From Candidatus Omnitrophota bacterium (GTDB lineage: Bacteria; Omnitrophota; Gorgyraeia; 1-14-0-20-64-10): a DNA stretch of 56,685 bases. Position numbers and translations under genes: made by a program. The notes beneath the pieces are model-generated. The model worked only from the letters and a program-made list of their open reading frames with translations, ran no database searches and was not told where the DNA came from. The stretch is from assembly GCA_023818695.1 (NCBI GenBank), contig JAMWCF010000003.1:1-56685 (forward strand). Reading direction: 5' to 3'. Below are positions 29,350 through 38,359 of the stretch, piece after piece (the first letter of the stretch is position 1; each line of letters starts with the position of its first letter).

Positions 29350-29402
29350 GCGATTCCTCCTCGCTTGCCTCTCCGACTTATTAAATCCGCGAACTTTCCT
29401 CC

Positions 29403-29451
29403 AAAACAAAACGCCTGAAGGCAGCCACCACGTGAAAACCCTCAGGCGTTT
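29403..29451 (-). terminator. Intrinsic terminator, riboswitch expression platform
   Basis: 13-bp stem AAACGCCTGAGGG/CCTTCAGGCGTTT followed by TGTTTT. Confidence 0.8.
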
Positions 29452-29456
29452 CGTCT

Positions 29457-29631
29457 GCACCCTTGGCGGTTCAGCCGCCGAATTCAATCGTAAGTATATG
29501 AAATTTAATTACTTACAACTTGTTGTCGGCCTGTAACTTTGCCCCCCGCTTCAACAGCTTTGCGAAGCGGGAGCCCTGCGGTCTAGGCAGGGGCCCCACC
29601 GTTTCCGGTGGTTTGCCTTTTTCACTGGTGC
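29457..29631 (-). ncRNA. c-di-GMP-I (GEMM-I)-like riboswitch aptamer with two insertions
   Basis: GAAAAAGGCAAAC-CACCG-GAAA-CGGUG-GGGC...GCAAAG-UUACAGGCC...GGCGGCUGAAC-CGCC; P1 GCACC/GGUGC. Confidence 0.8.
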
Positions 29632-29642
29632 CAAATTGTCCT

Positions 29643-31001
29643 TCACCTCAAGCTTGGCACATCTTTTGCCAAATTGTCAAGGGGACCTGTTAAAAAAGGT
29701 GTAGGGCGCACCACCGTCCCGAGGAGGACCTCATCGGTGGCGCCGGTGATCATTATAGGAAGGAGTCTCCCGGCCTCATCAGGGAAGGCCTCGAATCGGA
29801 CCCGAATAAACTGGCTGGTGAACCCCGACCCGTTCTCTTCTACGAGGACCTGCTGTTCGCTGCCGATAAACCCAGCCCTGAACCGGCCTGCTGTTTCGGC
29901 CGCCGTTTGCCTCAAAACCGCCGCGCGTCGCTTGATCTCGTCGCGGGGAACGTGGTTTTTGAAAAAAGAGGCGGAGGTCCCTCCGCGACGGCTGTAGGGG
30001 AAAACGTGAACCTTCAGGAAACGAATTTCGCCGCAGAAGGCCAGGGTCTCCTCGAACTCCCGTCGGCTTTCTCCCGGAAAGCCGACGATCAGATCGGTGG
30101 TGAGCCCTAGGTCCGGCCAAAACTCCCGGACCCGGTCAACCTGGCGCCGATAATCCCCAGTGGTGTAGCCGCGATTCATCCGGGCAAGGACGGCATCGGA
30201 GCCGCTCTGAAGAGACAGGTGCAGATGGTGGCAAATCTTTGACGAGTTTTTCAACGCGTCGATCAGCCGATCGTCCAAATCGCGGGGATCCAGAGAGCTC
30301 AAGCGAACCCGGAATGAACCCGGCAGGCGGTCGATCTCTTCCATCAGATCCCCCAAAGAAGCGCCTATTTCCCATTCCCTGCCCCAGAGGCCGACGGCCA
30401 CACCGGCCACGGTCAGCTCCCGGTACCCCGCCTCCAGAAGGCGCCTGGCCTCATCGAGGATCTCCTTCATTCCCCTGCTCCTGGAGCGGCCCCTGACAAG
30501 AGGAATCTTGCAGAAGGCGCAGGAGCGGTCGCAGCCGTCCTGCACCTTCAGAAAGGCCTTGCTCCTTCCTTCAAAAGAGGAGATCGTAAGGGGGGAGTAG
30601 ACGCGGGTCAGCTCCAGCTCCAGACGGGGCTCTGCAGCCCAGGGATCGATCTCCCGGACCAGTTCGGCGATCCGGTGTTTCTGGCCGGTACCGGCCAGGA
30701 CCTTGACGCCAGGAAGCCCTTTCAACAGATCCGCGTCCCGCTGGACGAGACATCCGGTCACCAGGATCTGGGTTGCCGGCCGCTGTTTGTGGAGGTTCCG
30801 GATGGCGCACATGCATTCATTGTCGGCCGCCTGGGTCACGGTGCAGCTGTTGATCACCACCAGGTCCGCCTCCGGGGAATCCGGCGTCCGCTCCTGGTAG
30901 CCGGCTTCGAGAAGCTGTTCCCGGATCGCCTGGGTCTCGTACTGGTTAACCCGGCATCCGAACGTGATCAGCTGAAAAAATTTGACCGGCCGGTCACTCA
31001 T
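29643..31001 (-). CDS. mtaB: tRNA t6A37 methylthiotransferase
   Basis: TFGCRVNQYE, NSCTVT, QDGCDRSCAFC radical SAM motif, TDLIVGFPGE, HVFPYS. Confidence 0.95.
   Translation of the reverse strand: MSDRPVKFFQLITFGCRVNQYETQAIREQLLEAGYQERTPDSPEADLVVINSCTVTQAADNECMCAIRNLHKQRPATQILVTGCLVQRDADLLKGLPGVKVLAGTGQKHRIAELVREIDPWAAEPRLELELTRVYSPLTISSFEGRSKAFLKVQDGCDRSCAFCKIPLVRGRSRSRGMKEILDEARRLLEAGYRELTVAGVAVGLWGREWEIGASLGDLMEEIDRLPGSFRVRLSSLDPRDLDDRLIDALKNSSKICHHLHLSLQSGSDAVLARMNRGYTTGDYRRQVDRVREFWPDLGLTTDLIVGFPGESRREFEETLAFCGEIRFLKVHVFPYSRRGGTSASFFKNHVPRDEIKRRAAVLRQTAAETAGRFRAGFIGSEQQVLVEENGSGFTSQFIRVRFEAFPDEAGRLLPIMITGATDEVLLGTVVRPTPFLTGPLDNLAKDVPSLR
29654..29672. promoter_or_regulatory. Sigma54-type -24/-12 element, palindromic
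   Basis: TTGGCA-N7-TGCCAA; plus strand TGGCAC-N5-TTGC, minus strand TGGCAA-N5-GTGC; GG-N10-GC on both strands. Confidence 0.55.
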
Positions 31002-31755
31002 TTTCCATTCCGCCCCGCAGGACATAAGAGATCAAACTCAAGGCGGCAACGGCCGCCGTCTCGCAGCGCAGCACCGTCGGCCCCAGGGAAAACCGTCTGG
31101 CCCCGGCGGCATCCGCCTGGGCGAGCTCCTCCGGCGTCAGGTCCCCTTCCGGCCCGATGATCAGCAGGATGCTTGACCGCTCTCTTCCTTTGAGGAGCCC
31201 GGCAAGCGGCTCGTGTGGCCCCTCCACGGCCGCGACCAACGCCAGATCGAATTCCTTGAATCGGCAGACGAGGCGGTCCCACGGAAGCGCCGGATCGATG
31301 AGAGGCAGATGGCTGACCTTCGACTGTTTGGCCGCCTCCACCGCAATCCGGTTCCAGCGCAGAAGCTTCTTCTTCGAGTCCTCCTGGGAGATACGGACAA
31401 CCCCGCGGGCGGTCGTGACCGGGATGATCCGCCGAACCCCGAACTGCGTCGCCTGGTCGATGATCTGATCGATCTTCCCGCTCTGGGGAATCGCCGACGC
31501 CAGGGTGATCCCCCCGGAGAGCGGCGGCAGTCTCTTTTTCTCCTTTATCTCCAGATCGATCCCCGCCCGCGGATCGACGCTCCGGACGCAGGCAACGGCT
31601 TCCGTCCCCGCGCCGTCAAAGCAGGAGACCCAGTCCCCCGGCTTGATGCGAAGCACGCGGGAGAGATGATGGGCCTCCCTCCCGCTTAATCGCAAACGGC
31701 CGTTCCCTTCCCATGCATCGGAGGGGATGTAGCACCGGGCTTTGAGCTGCGGCAT
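30994..31755 (-). CDS. rsmE: 16S rRNA m3U1498 methyltransferase
   Basis: HHLSRVLR, EAAKQS, IGPEGD, LG..VLRCETA. Confidence 0.96.
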   Translation of the reverse strand: MPQLKARCYIPSDAWEGNGRLRLSGREAHHLSRVLRIKPGDWVSCFDGAGTEAVACVRSVDPRAGIDLEIKEKKRLPPLSGGITLASAIPQSGKIDQIIDQATQFGVRRIIPVTTARGVVRISQEDSKKKLLRWNRIAVEAAKQSKVSHLPLIDPALPWDRLVCRFKEFDLALVAAVEGPHEPLAGLLKGRERSSILLIIGPEGDLTPEELAQADAAGARRFSLGPTVLRCETAAVAALSLISYVLRGGMENE

Positions 31756-31757
31756 TC

Positions 31758-32126
31758 CTACTCGCTTGAAACTGTTTCGGTCGGCTTTTCAACCTTCCAG
31801 CGGACCATCGTCTCCCCCTCGAAGAAAAGATGCTTGGTCCGGGAGACGTACTCCACATCGATCGGGAGATTCGGCAGGCGCCCCTTGTAGATCCACTCTT
31901 CCTTGGGAACTCCCAGCTCGTCCACCCCGAGATAGACGATGTGGTCCGGCGGCCCCCAGGAATCCAGGACCTTGTCCTTGGTGGTCCCGCGAACGAATGG
32001 CCCCCCCGTTCCAAATGGCTGTTCAGCGGCTTCCCGGGCGGTTGGAACCACAAAATCAGCGCAGCCGGCCGCCAGGACAGCCGTCAAAAATACCGCCCAG
32101 ATGCTTGTCCATTGTTGCGTTATCAC
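31758..32126 (-). CDS. SmpA/OmlA (BamE)-like lipoprotein
   Basis: Lipobox AAGC; GTTKDKVLDSWGPPD...EEWIY; GTG start after AAGGAGG. Confidence 0.7.
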   Translation of the reverse strand: MITQQWTSIWAVFLTAVLAAGCADFVVPTAREAAEQPFGTGGPFVRGTTKDKVLDSWGPPDHIVYLGVDELGVPKEEWIYKGRLPNLPIDVEYVSRTKHLFFEGETMVRWKVEKPTETVSSE

Positions 32127-32200
32127 GTTCCCTCCTTCGTATGGATCAACTCGCTCAACCGGCACCTCGTCAACCCGCTCACTCGCCAATCATTGTATCT

Positions 32201-32237
32201 AAAAAGCGAGCCCCCGGGAGGATCGCTCCCGGGGGCT
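32201..32237 (-). terminator. Intrinsic terminator of the outer-membrane barrel gene
   Basis: 12-bp stem AGCCCCCGGGAG/CTCCCGGGGGCT followed by cgcTTTTT. Confidence 0.8.
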
Positions 32238-32286
32238 TTATGATCTCTTTCCGGCACGTCAGGGTAATAACGCGCCGATCGGAGAC

Positions 32287-33738
32287 TTAGAACTTGACGC
32301 TGGCCGAACCGACGACCGTGTACGCGAGGTCATCGCCGCGAACGTTTGAGTTCGGGGCATCCTCGTAATACTGGCCAGGGATGAACCAGCCGGCACCCAA
32401 ACCGAGATCGACATCCTCGGTGTAGGCATAAACGACCTTCATATCGAGTTCGTCTCCAGCATGGCTGCTGCGTCCCTGAATCGGCTCCTCATCGAACCGG
32501 ATGTGGGAATAGCGGGCCCACACCGTGATATCCTCCATCGGCATGAAAGAAAGGTCGCCGTAGAAGAGATGCCGGTTCGTGTTGGAAGCGGTGTCGGTGG
32601 TGTCGAACGTGGTGTACAGGTTCGTCCCACCGAAACCGGCGAAGAACTCGTTGATGTAGGTGAAGAAACTGCCGCGGTACATCTGGTCCCACGACTCCAC
32701 ATCATCAACTTGCTGCTGGTTCGCTTGCGGCGTGTTTGGATTCACTCCCTCATCACCCGAGAAAAACACCCAACCGAAACCGGTGGTCGGCGTCCAGGAG
32801 CAGTCGGCCCAGGTGTAATGGGCCTCGATCAGGGCGGCATAGGCCTCCCGATCCCGCTCCAGCTGGAGCGTCCGCTCTTCCAGTTCGCCGAACTGGCCAG
32901 CACCTTCGAGATTGAGCTTCAGGTTCTGCACCGGGCTTGAGGCGATCCGCAAACCGATGGTGTGAACCCGGTTCACATCGTAGGTGGTGGTCCCAATGCT
33001 ATCGAAGAACGACAGAGCCGCGCTCTCATCGTTCTTATGGAACCAGTACGGCTCCAGTTCGGAGTTCCACTCGTCCCCGACCTTGTAGTTCACGATCACG
33101 CCGTACAGGTCCTGGTCATCGGTGCTGACACCGGTTTCGTTGATCTTGGCGATCAACCCTTCGATCGTCACCGGCGCGAAATCCAGTATCATGCGGATCG
33201 CATCATACGAATTGTACGCGCTGTGCTCCTGACCGATCTGGCCTTGGGAACCAGTCGCCACGGTCGAAAAGGCGCCGTTCGGGTCAGCCAAAAGGCCGGG
33301 GCCGACGATGAAGCCGGTGCCGTAGTTCAAATCCTGGCGACCGACCATCACCGTCAACGGTGAGTAGAGGAACTCCTTCAGAACGACATACGCGTTGTCG
33401 ATGTTGATCTGATCGGTTGCTGAAATCGCGGCGTCCCAAATCCTCTGGTTGAGCAACCGGACATGAGCGGACACGTTGTCCGTCAAGTCCGCATCCACGG
33501 TCACCCGGACCGTAGACAGAAAAAAGGAGGAGTTGTCATCGTTTGTGACAGCCCCTCCCTGAAATGCCGCGCCACCCCCAGGAACGTTGAGGTTCTTCTC
33601 CTTCAGGTCATAGTTGTGCGTGGAGATGGCTTTCAAGTCGATGTCGCCACCGACCTTGATGTTTTGCACTTCCGCGTACGCGGTACCCGCCAGGGCCACG
33701 GCGAACGCCAGAAGTCCCACGAGTAACAATTTACGCAT
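32287..33738 (-). CDS. Alginate-export (AlgE-like) outer-membrane beta-barrel protein
   Basis: Signal peptide ending AYA; GRQDL.YG.GFIVG; alternating beta-strand pattern; GDELD; C-terminal Phe. Confidence 0.8.
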   Translation of the reverse strand: MRKLLLVGLLAFAVALAGTAYAEVQNIKVGGDIDLKAISTHNYDLKEKNLNVPGGGAAFQGGAVTNDDNSSFFLSTVRVTVDADLTDNVSAHVRLLNQRIWDAAISATDQINIDNAYVVLKEFLYSPLTVMVGRQDLNYGTGFIVGPGLLADPNGAFSTVATGSQGQIGQEHSAYNSYDAIRMILDFAPVTIEGLIAKINETGVSTDDQDLYGVIVNYKVGDEWNSELEPYWFHKNDESAALSFFDSIGTTTYDVNRVHTIGLRIASSPVQNLKLNLEGAGQFGELEERTLQLERDREAYAALIEAHYTWADCSWTPTTGFGWVFFSGDEGVNPNTPQANQQQVDDVESWDQMYRGSFFTYINEFFAGFGGTNLYTTFDTTDTASNTNRHLFYGDLSFMPMEDITVWARYSHIRFDEEPIQGRSSHAGDELDMKVVYAYTEDVDLGLGAGWFIPGQYYEDAPNSNVRGDDLAYTVVGSASVKF

Positions 33739-33957
33739 CGTGTTTTAACCCTCCCTCCCTATCTGTTAACTGCATCCTTGATGTCGTGCGTGGTTCAGGT
33801 TAACACTTTCTTTGGTAGTCGGGGGAGCTAACGACTTCCTGTTTCCCCGTTGCCCTGGCCACAAGCGGCCGGGTTCCTACCGAGCTTCGTGCGAACAAAC
33901 AACACGTCGTTCAGACAGGCCCGGAGCCTATCCAGAGCATCCGAACAACATGGGGCG

Positions 33958-33987
33958 ATCATAATATGCAGAAGCTGACATTGTCAA
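33958..33987 (-). promoter_or_regulatory. Sigma70 promoter of the barrel gene (about 210-nt leader)
   Basis: TTGACA-N18-TATGAT. Confidence 0.7.
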
Positions 33988-34117
33988 GATTTTTTTCTTA
34001 CAAGCCATCGATAACCTCAAACAGATCAAGCTATTAGCGATGCAAGGAACGGGAAAGGGCGGATACTTGTAGGGGAAACGGGGGTTCTTATATATAATGT
34101 GAAGGCGTTTTTCATGG

Positions 34118-34194
34118 GCGCCTGTAGCTCAGATGGATAGAGCGCCTCACTCCTAAGGAGGATGCCGGCCGTTCGAATCGGCCCAGGCGCACCA
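34118..34194 (+). tRNA. tRNA-Arg(CCT)
   Basis: GCGCCTG/CAGGCGC acceptor stem, loop CT-CCT-AA, GTTCGAAT, encoded CCA; A.G mismatch at the base of the anticodon loop; TATAAT at 34093. Confidence 0.92.
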
Positions 34195-34195
34195 T

Positions 34196-34729
34196 TTAAT
34201 CGTATTGGATGAGGGAGAATACTTCCAGGCCGAACGGTTTCAACCGCTCCCGCCCCTTCAGGAAACCCAGCTCCACCAGGAAAGCGAGGCCGGCCACCTC
34301 CCCCCCGAGCTCCTTGACCAGCTTGACCGCCGCTTCCGCCGTGCCTCCGGTGGCCAGCAGGTCGTCCACGATCAGCACCCTGGTCCCCGGATGGATCGCG
34401 TCAACGTGCATCTCGGTGGTGGCCTGGCCGTATTCCAGGTCGTAGGAGACGCGCACCGTTTTCCAGGGAAGCTTTCCCTCCTTCCGGATCGGAACCAGCC
34501 CGGTTTTCAAGGTGTAGGCGATGGCGGAGCCGAGGATCAGTCCCCTGGACTCGATCGCGGCAATCGTCTCTACCCCCGCCTTTCGGAAATGGCCCGCCAG
34601 TTCGTCGATCATCAACTGGAAAGCGGCCGGGTTCTGCCACAGGGGAGTCAGATCCTTGAAGAGAATACCCGGTTTCGGGTAGTCCGGAATGTCCCGGATG
34701 TATGATTTCAGGTCGAGGGTGGCGTTCAA
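34196..34729 (-). CDS. apt: Adenine phosphoribosyltransferase
   Basis: IPDYPKPGILFKD, IESRG, LEYG, IVDDLLATGGT. Confidence 0.97.
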   Translation of the reverse strand: MNATLDLKSYIRDIPDYPKPGILFKDLTPLWQNPAAFQLMIDELAGHFRKAGVETIAAIESRGLILGSAIAYTLKTGLVPIRKEGKLPWKTVRVSYDLEYGQATTEMHVDAIHPGTRVLIVDDLLATGGTAEAAVKLVKELGGEVAGLAFLVELGFLKGRERLKPFGLEVFSLIQYD

Positions 34730-34730
34730 T

Positions 34731-35549
34731 TCAGTTTCTCACCTTTTCCAGGTCGGCCAGGAAGGTGTACAGCTTTTTTTCCGCGGAGAGCTGGATCTGC
34801 CGGACCCGTTCTCGGGTGATTCCCAACCGTTTCGCCGTCTCTCCTAGGGTATAGGTGACGCCATCCCTCAAACCGTACCGGAAGCTCAAAACTTCCCGTT
34901 CCCGCTCGGTCAGGCGGCTTAAAAGGTCTTCCACCTGCTCTTTCTTGAGGAACTCCGCCAGTTCATCCCGCGTCGCTGGGGAGTCGGGGGATTCCAGCAG
35001 ATCGATGAACTGGGAGGTCCCTTCCTCTCCCAGAGGGGCGTCCAAGGAAGCCGGCTGCAGGAGCATCGATTCGATCTCCCGGATCTTCTTGACCGGCATC
35101 TTCATGGAGTGGGCCACCTCGCTGGCGGTCGGCTTGCGCCCCATCCGCTGACTCAAACGCTCCGTGACCTTCCGGTATTTGGAGATGATGTCAACCATGT
35201 AGACCGGGATTCGGATCGTTTTGCCCTGGTTGGCGATCGCCCGCAAGACATACTGTTTGATCCACCAGGCGGCATAGGTTGAGAAACGGAACCCCTTACC
35301 TGGATTAAACTTGGAAACAGCCCGCATGAGTCCCAGGTTCCCTTCCTCAATCAGATCCGACATCGGTAGTCCCAGGTGGCCGTACTTTTTAGCGATGCTG
35401 ATGACCAGCCGCAGGTTGGACTGAATCATCTTTTCCCTGGCGGCCGGGTCCCCCTTGCGAACCTTCCTGGCGAGGACTATCTCTTCTTCAGGTGTCAGAA
35501 GGGGAATATCCTTGATATCTTTCAAATAGAGTTTCAGGGGATCAGGCAT
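34731..35549 (-). CDS. Group 2-like sigma70 factor (RpoD/RpoS family, no region 1.1)
   Basis: [35 protein letters not shown]. Confidence 0.92.
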   Translation of the reverse strand: MPDPLKLYLKDIKDIPLLTPEEEIVLARKVRKGDPAAREKMIQSNLRLVISIAKKYGHLGLPMSDLIEEGNLGLMRAVSKFNPGKGFRFSTYAAWWIKQYVLRAIANQGKTIRIPVYMVDIISKYRKVTERLSQRMGRKPTASEVAHSMKMPVKKIREIESMLLQPASLDAPLGEEGTSQFIDLLESPDSPATRDELAEFLKKEQVEDLLSRLTEREREVLSFRYGLRDGVTYTLGETAKRLGITRERVRQIQLSAEKKLYTFLADLEKVRN

Positions 35550-38343
35550 GAGAATGCGCTTTTCCTTTCGCGGGTTTGCGTTGAACGCCTTTTCCGGCCG
35601 GGGCGGAGCCGTTGGGACCCTTGGCCTGCTTCTCCCTCAAGACGGCCTGCGCCGCGGCCAACCGGGCCACCGGCACCCGGAACGGAGAGCAGCTGACGTA
35701 GTTCAACCCCAGCCGGTGGCAAAATTCGATGGTGGCCGGGTCGCCCCCATGCTCGCCGCAGATGCCAACCTTCAGGTCGGGCCGGACCTTCCTTCCCTCC
35801 TGAATGGCCAACTCCATCAGGCGGCCAACCCCGGTCTGGTCTACGGAAGCGAACGGGTTGGTCTTAAATATCTCATGCTCGACATAGACCGGCAGGAAGG
35901 AGCCGCTGTCGTCGCGGCTCATCCCCAGAACGGTCTGGGTCAGATCGTTGGTCCCGAAACTGAAGAACTGGGCGCTCTCGGCAATCTCACCCGCCACCAG
36001 CGCGGCCCGGGGGATCTCGATCATCGTGCCGACCAGGTAATGAATCTTCTGTTTGGCGGCCGCCTGGACCTCCTTGGCAACCCTCTCGACGATCTCCAGT
36101 TGCAGCTTCAGCTCCTTTGGAAAACCGACCAATGGAATCATGATCTCCGGAGCGACTTTGATCCCCTCTTTCTGAACCTCCGAGGCCGCCTCAAAAATCG
36201 CCCGAACCTGCATTTCGGTGATCTCCGGGTAGGAGATCCCCAAACGGCAGCCCCGGTGGCCGAGCATGGGGTTGGCCTCATGCAACTGGGAAACGCGGGC
36301 GGCCACCTTTTCGTACGATTTGCCGAGTTTGTCCGCCAGCTCCCGAATCAAGTCCCCGTCATTGGGGAGAAATTCATGCAGGGGCGGATCCAGCGTCCGG
36401 ATCGTCACCGGCAGACCCTTCATTTCCCGGAAGATGCCGGCGAAATCCTCCCGCTGATAGGGCAGAAGCTTGGCCAGCGCCTTCTGCCTTTCATGGCTTG
36501 TCTCAGCGATGATCATCTGCCGAACGGCGTCGATCCGGTTGCCGCCGAAGAACATGTGCTCGGTTCGGCACAGCCCGATCCCCTCCGCGCCAAAAGCAAT
36601 GGCGTTGGCCGCCTGGTCCGGCTGATCCGCGTTGGTCCGGATTCCCAGACGGCGAATCTCGTCGGCCCACTTCATCAGAGTGGAGAAATACCGGTAGACC
36701 TGGCTCTTCCTCGGATCCAGAGTCTTGTTGAGCAAAACCTGGACGATCTCACTGGGAGCTGTCTGCACCTTGCCTTCGAAGACCTCGCCGGTCGTCCCGT
36801 CGATAGAGAGGAACTCCCCTTCCTTAATCTCCTTGCCCCGGACATGAATCCGGCGGGCTGAATAATCGATGTGCAGATCCGCCGCGCCGCAGACACAAAC
36901 CTTGCCCATCTGTCGCGCTACCAGCGCGGCGTGCGAGCTGACACCCCCGCGGGAGGTCAGGATCCCTTCAGCCGCGATCATCCCCCGCAAATCCTCCGGC
37001 GTCGTCTCGATCCGGACCAGCAAAACTTTTTCGCCCCGGTGGGCCGCTTCGGCGGCGTCCTCGGCGTTGAAGGTCACCTTGCCCGACGCCGACCCCGGCC
37101 CGGCCGGAAGCCCCTTGCACAGCAGACGGCCGGCGTTTTCCGCCTCCTGCCGGCTTTTCCTGTCGAAAACAGGAGCCAGCAGCTGGCTCAAGGAATCGGC
37201 CGGGACCCGCATCACCGCCGTCTTCGAATCGATCAGCTTCTCTTCCACCATCTCCACGGCGATCCGGACCGCCGCCAGGCCGGTCCGTTTGCCGCTGCGG
37301 GTCTGCAGCATGTAGACCTTGTTGTCCTCGATGGTGAACTCGAAATCCTGCATGTCCCTGAAATGTTTTTCCAGGAGCTGCCGAACCTTTTCCAGCTCCT
37401 GATGCGCCCTGGGCATCTCCCGCGCCAGGTCGGAGATCGGGTTGGGCGTCCGGGTGCCGGCCACCACATCCTCCCCCTGCGCGTTGATCAGGTACTCCCC
37501 GTAAAACTCTTTGGCGCCGGTCGCTGGGTCCCGGGTGAAGGCGACGCCGGTGGCGCTGGTGTTGCCGAGGTTTCCGAAGACCATCGCCTGCACGTTGACC
37601 GCCGTGCCCCAGTCGTGGGGGATGTTGTACTTCCGGCGGTAGACAATCGCCCTGTCATTGTTCCAGGAGCCGAACACCGCCCCGACGGCGCCCCACATCT
37701 GTTTGCGGGGATCCTGCGGGAACTCTTTGTTTGTCCTGGTCTTGATAAGCTGTTTGAAGAGGCGGACGATCTCCTGGAGGTTGCCAGCCGACAGATCCGT
37801 GTCTTTCGTCACGCCGGCCTCCTTTTTGACGGAGGAGAGAATCTGCTCGAACGGGTCGTGCGCGTCCCTGCCCTGCGCGCGGACCCCCATGACCACGTCC
37901 CCGTACATCTGGATGAACCGGCGGTAGCTGTCCCAGGCGAACCGGGGATTGCCGGAGCGCCGGGCCAAAACCTCGACGGTCTGGTCGTTGAGGCCCAGGT
38001 TGAGGATGGTATCCATCATCCCCGGCATCGATTCCCGCGCACCGGAGCGAACCGACACGAGCAGCGGGTTTTGCCTGTCGCCGAACTTTTTGCCGGTCAG
38101 CTTCTCCAGGCGGGCGACCGCCTCTTCCACCTGGCCGTTCAAAACCTTCGGATAGGTCAGCTTATTGTTGTAATAGTAGGTGCAGACCTCGGTGGTGATG
38201 GTAAAGCCCGGCGGGACCGGCAAGCCGATGCGGGTCATCTCGGCGAGGTTGGCCCCCTTGCCCCCGAGCAGGCCCTTCATCTTAGCATCCCCGTCCGCCT
38301 TGCCGGCGCCGAAGAAATAAACGTATTTTAGCTGTTTAGGCAT
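35542..38343 (-). CDS. ppdK: Pyruvate, phosphate dikinase
   Basis: [16 protein letters not shown] (phospho-His), [22 protein letters not shown]. Confidence 0.98.
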   Translation of the reverse strand: MPKQLKYVYFFGAGKADGDAKMKGLLGGKGANLAEMTRIGLPVPPGFTITTEVCTYYYNNKLTYPKVLNGQVEEAVARLEKLTGKKFGDRQNPLLVSVRSGARESMPGMMDTILNLGLNDQTVEVLARRSGNPRFAWDSYRRFIQMYGDVVMGVRAQGRDAHDPFEQILSSVKKEAGVTKDTDLSAGNLQEIVRLFKQLIKTRTNKEFPQDPRKQMWGAVGAVFGSWNNDRAIVYRRKYNIPHDWGTAVNVQAMVFGNLGNTSATGVAFTRDPATGAKEFYGEYLINAQGEDVVAGTRTPNPISDLAREMPRAHQELEKVRQLLEKHFRDMQDFEFTIEDNKVYMLQTRSGKRTGLAAVRIAVEMVEEKLIDSKTAVMRVPADSLSQLLAPVFDRKSRQEAENAGRLLCKGLPAGPGSASGKVTFNAEDAAEAAHRGEKVLLVRIETTPEDLRGMIAAEGILTSRGGVSSHAALVARQMGKVCVCGAADLHIDYSARRIHVRGKEIKEGEFLSIDGTTGEVFEGKVQTAPSEIVQVLLNKTLDPRKSQVYRYFSTLMKWADEIRRLGIRTNADQPDQAANAIAFGAEGIGLCRTEHMFFGGNRIDAVRQMIIAETSHERQKALAKLLPYQREDFAGIFREMKGLPVTIRTLDPPLHEFLPNDGDLIRELADKLGKSYEKVAARVSQLHEANPMLGHRGCRLGISYPEITEMQVRAIFEAASEVQKEGIKVAPEIMIPLVGFPKELKLQLEIVERVAKEVQAAAKQKIHYLVGTMIEIPRAALVAGEIAESAQFFSFGTNDLTQTVLGMSRDDSGSFLPVYVEHEIFKTNPFASVDQTGVGRLMELAIQEGRKVRPDLKVGICGEHGGDPATIEFCHRLGLNYVSCSPFRVPVARLAAAQAVLREKQAKGPNGSAPAGKGVQRKPAKGKAHSHA

Positions 38344-38359
38344 TCCAACGGCTTCCTTT

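Noticed and set aside
33780-33900. Possible cobalamin or c-di-AMP riboswitch upstream of the barrel gene
   Set aside because: Core consensus blocks are absent; only generic hairpins.
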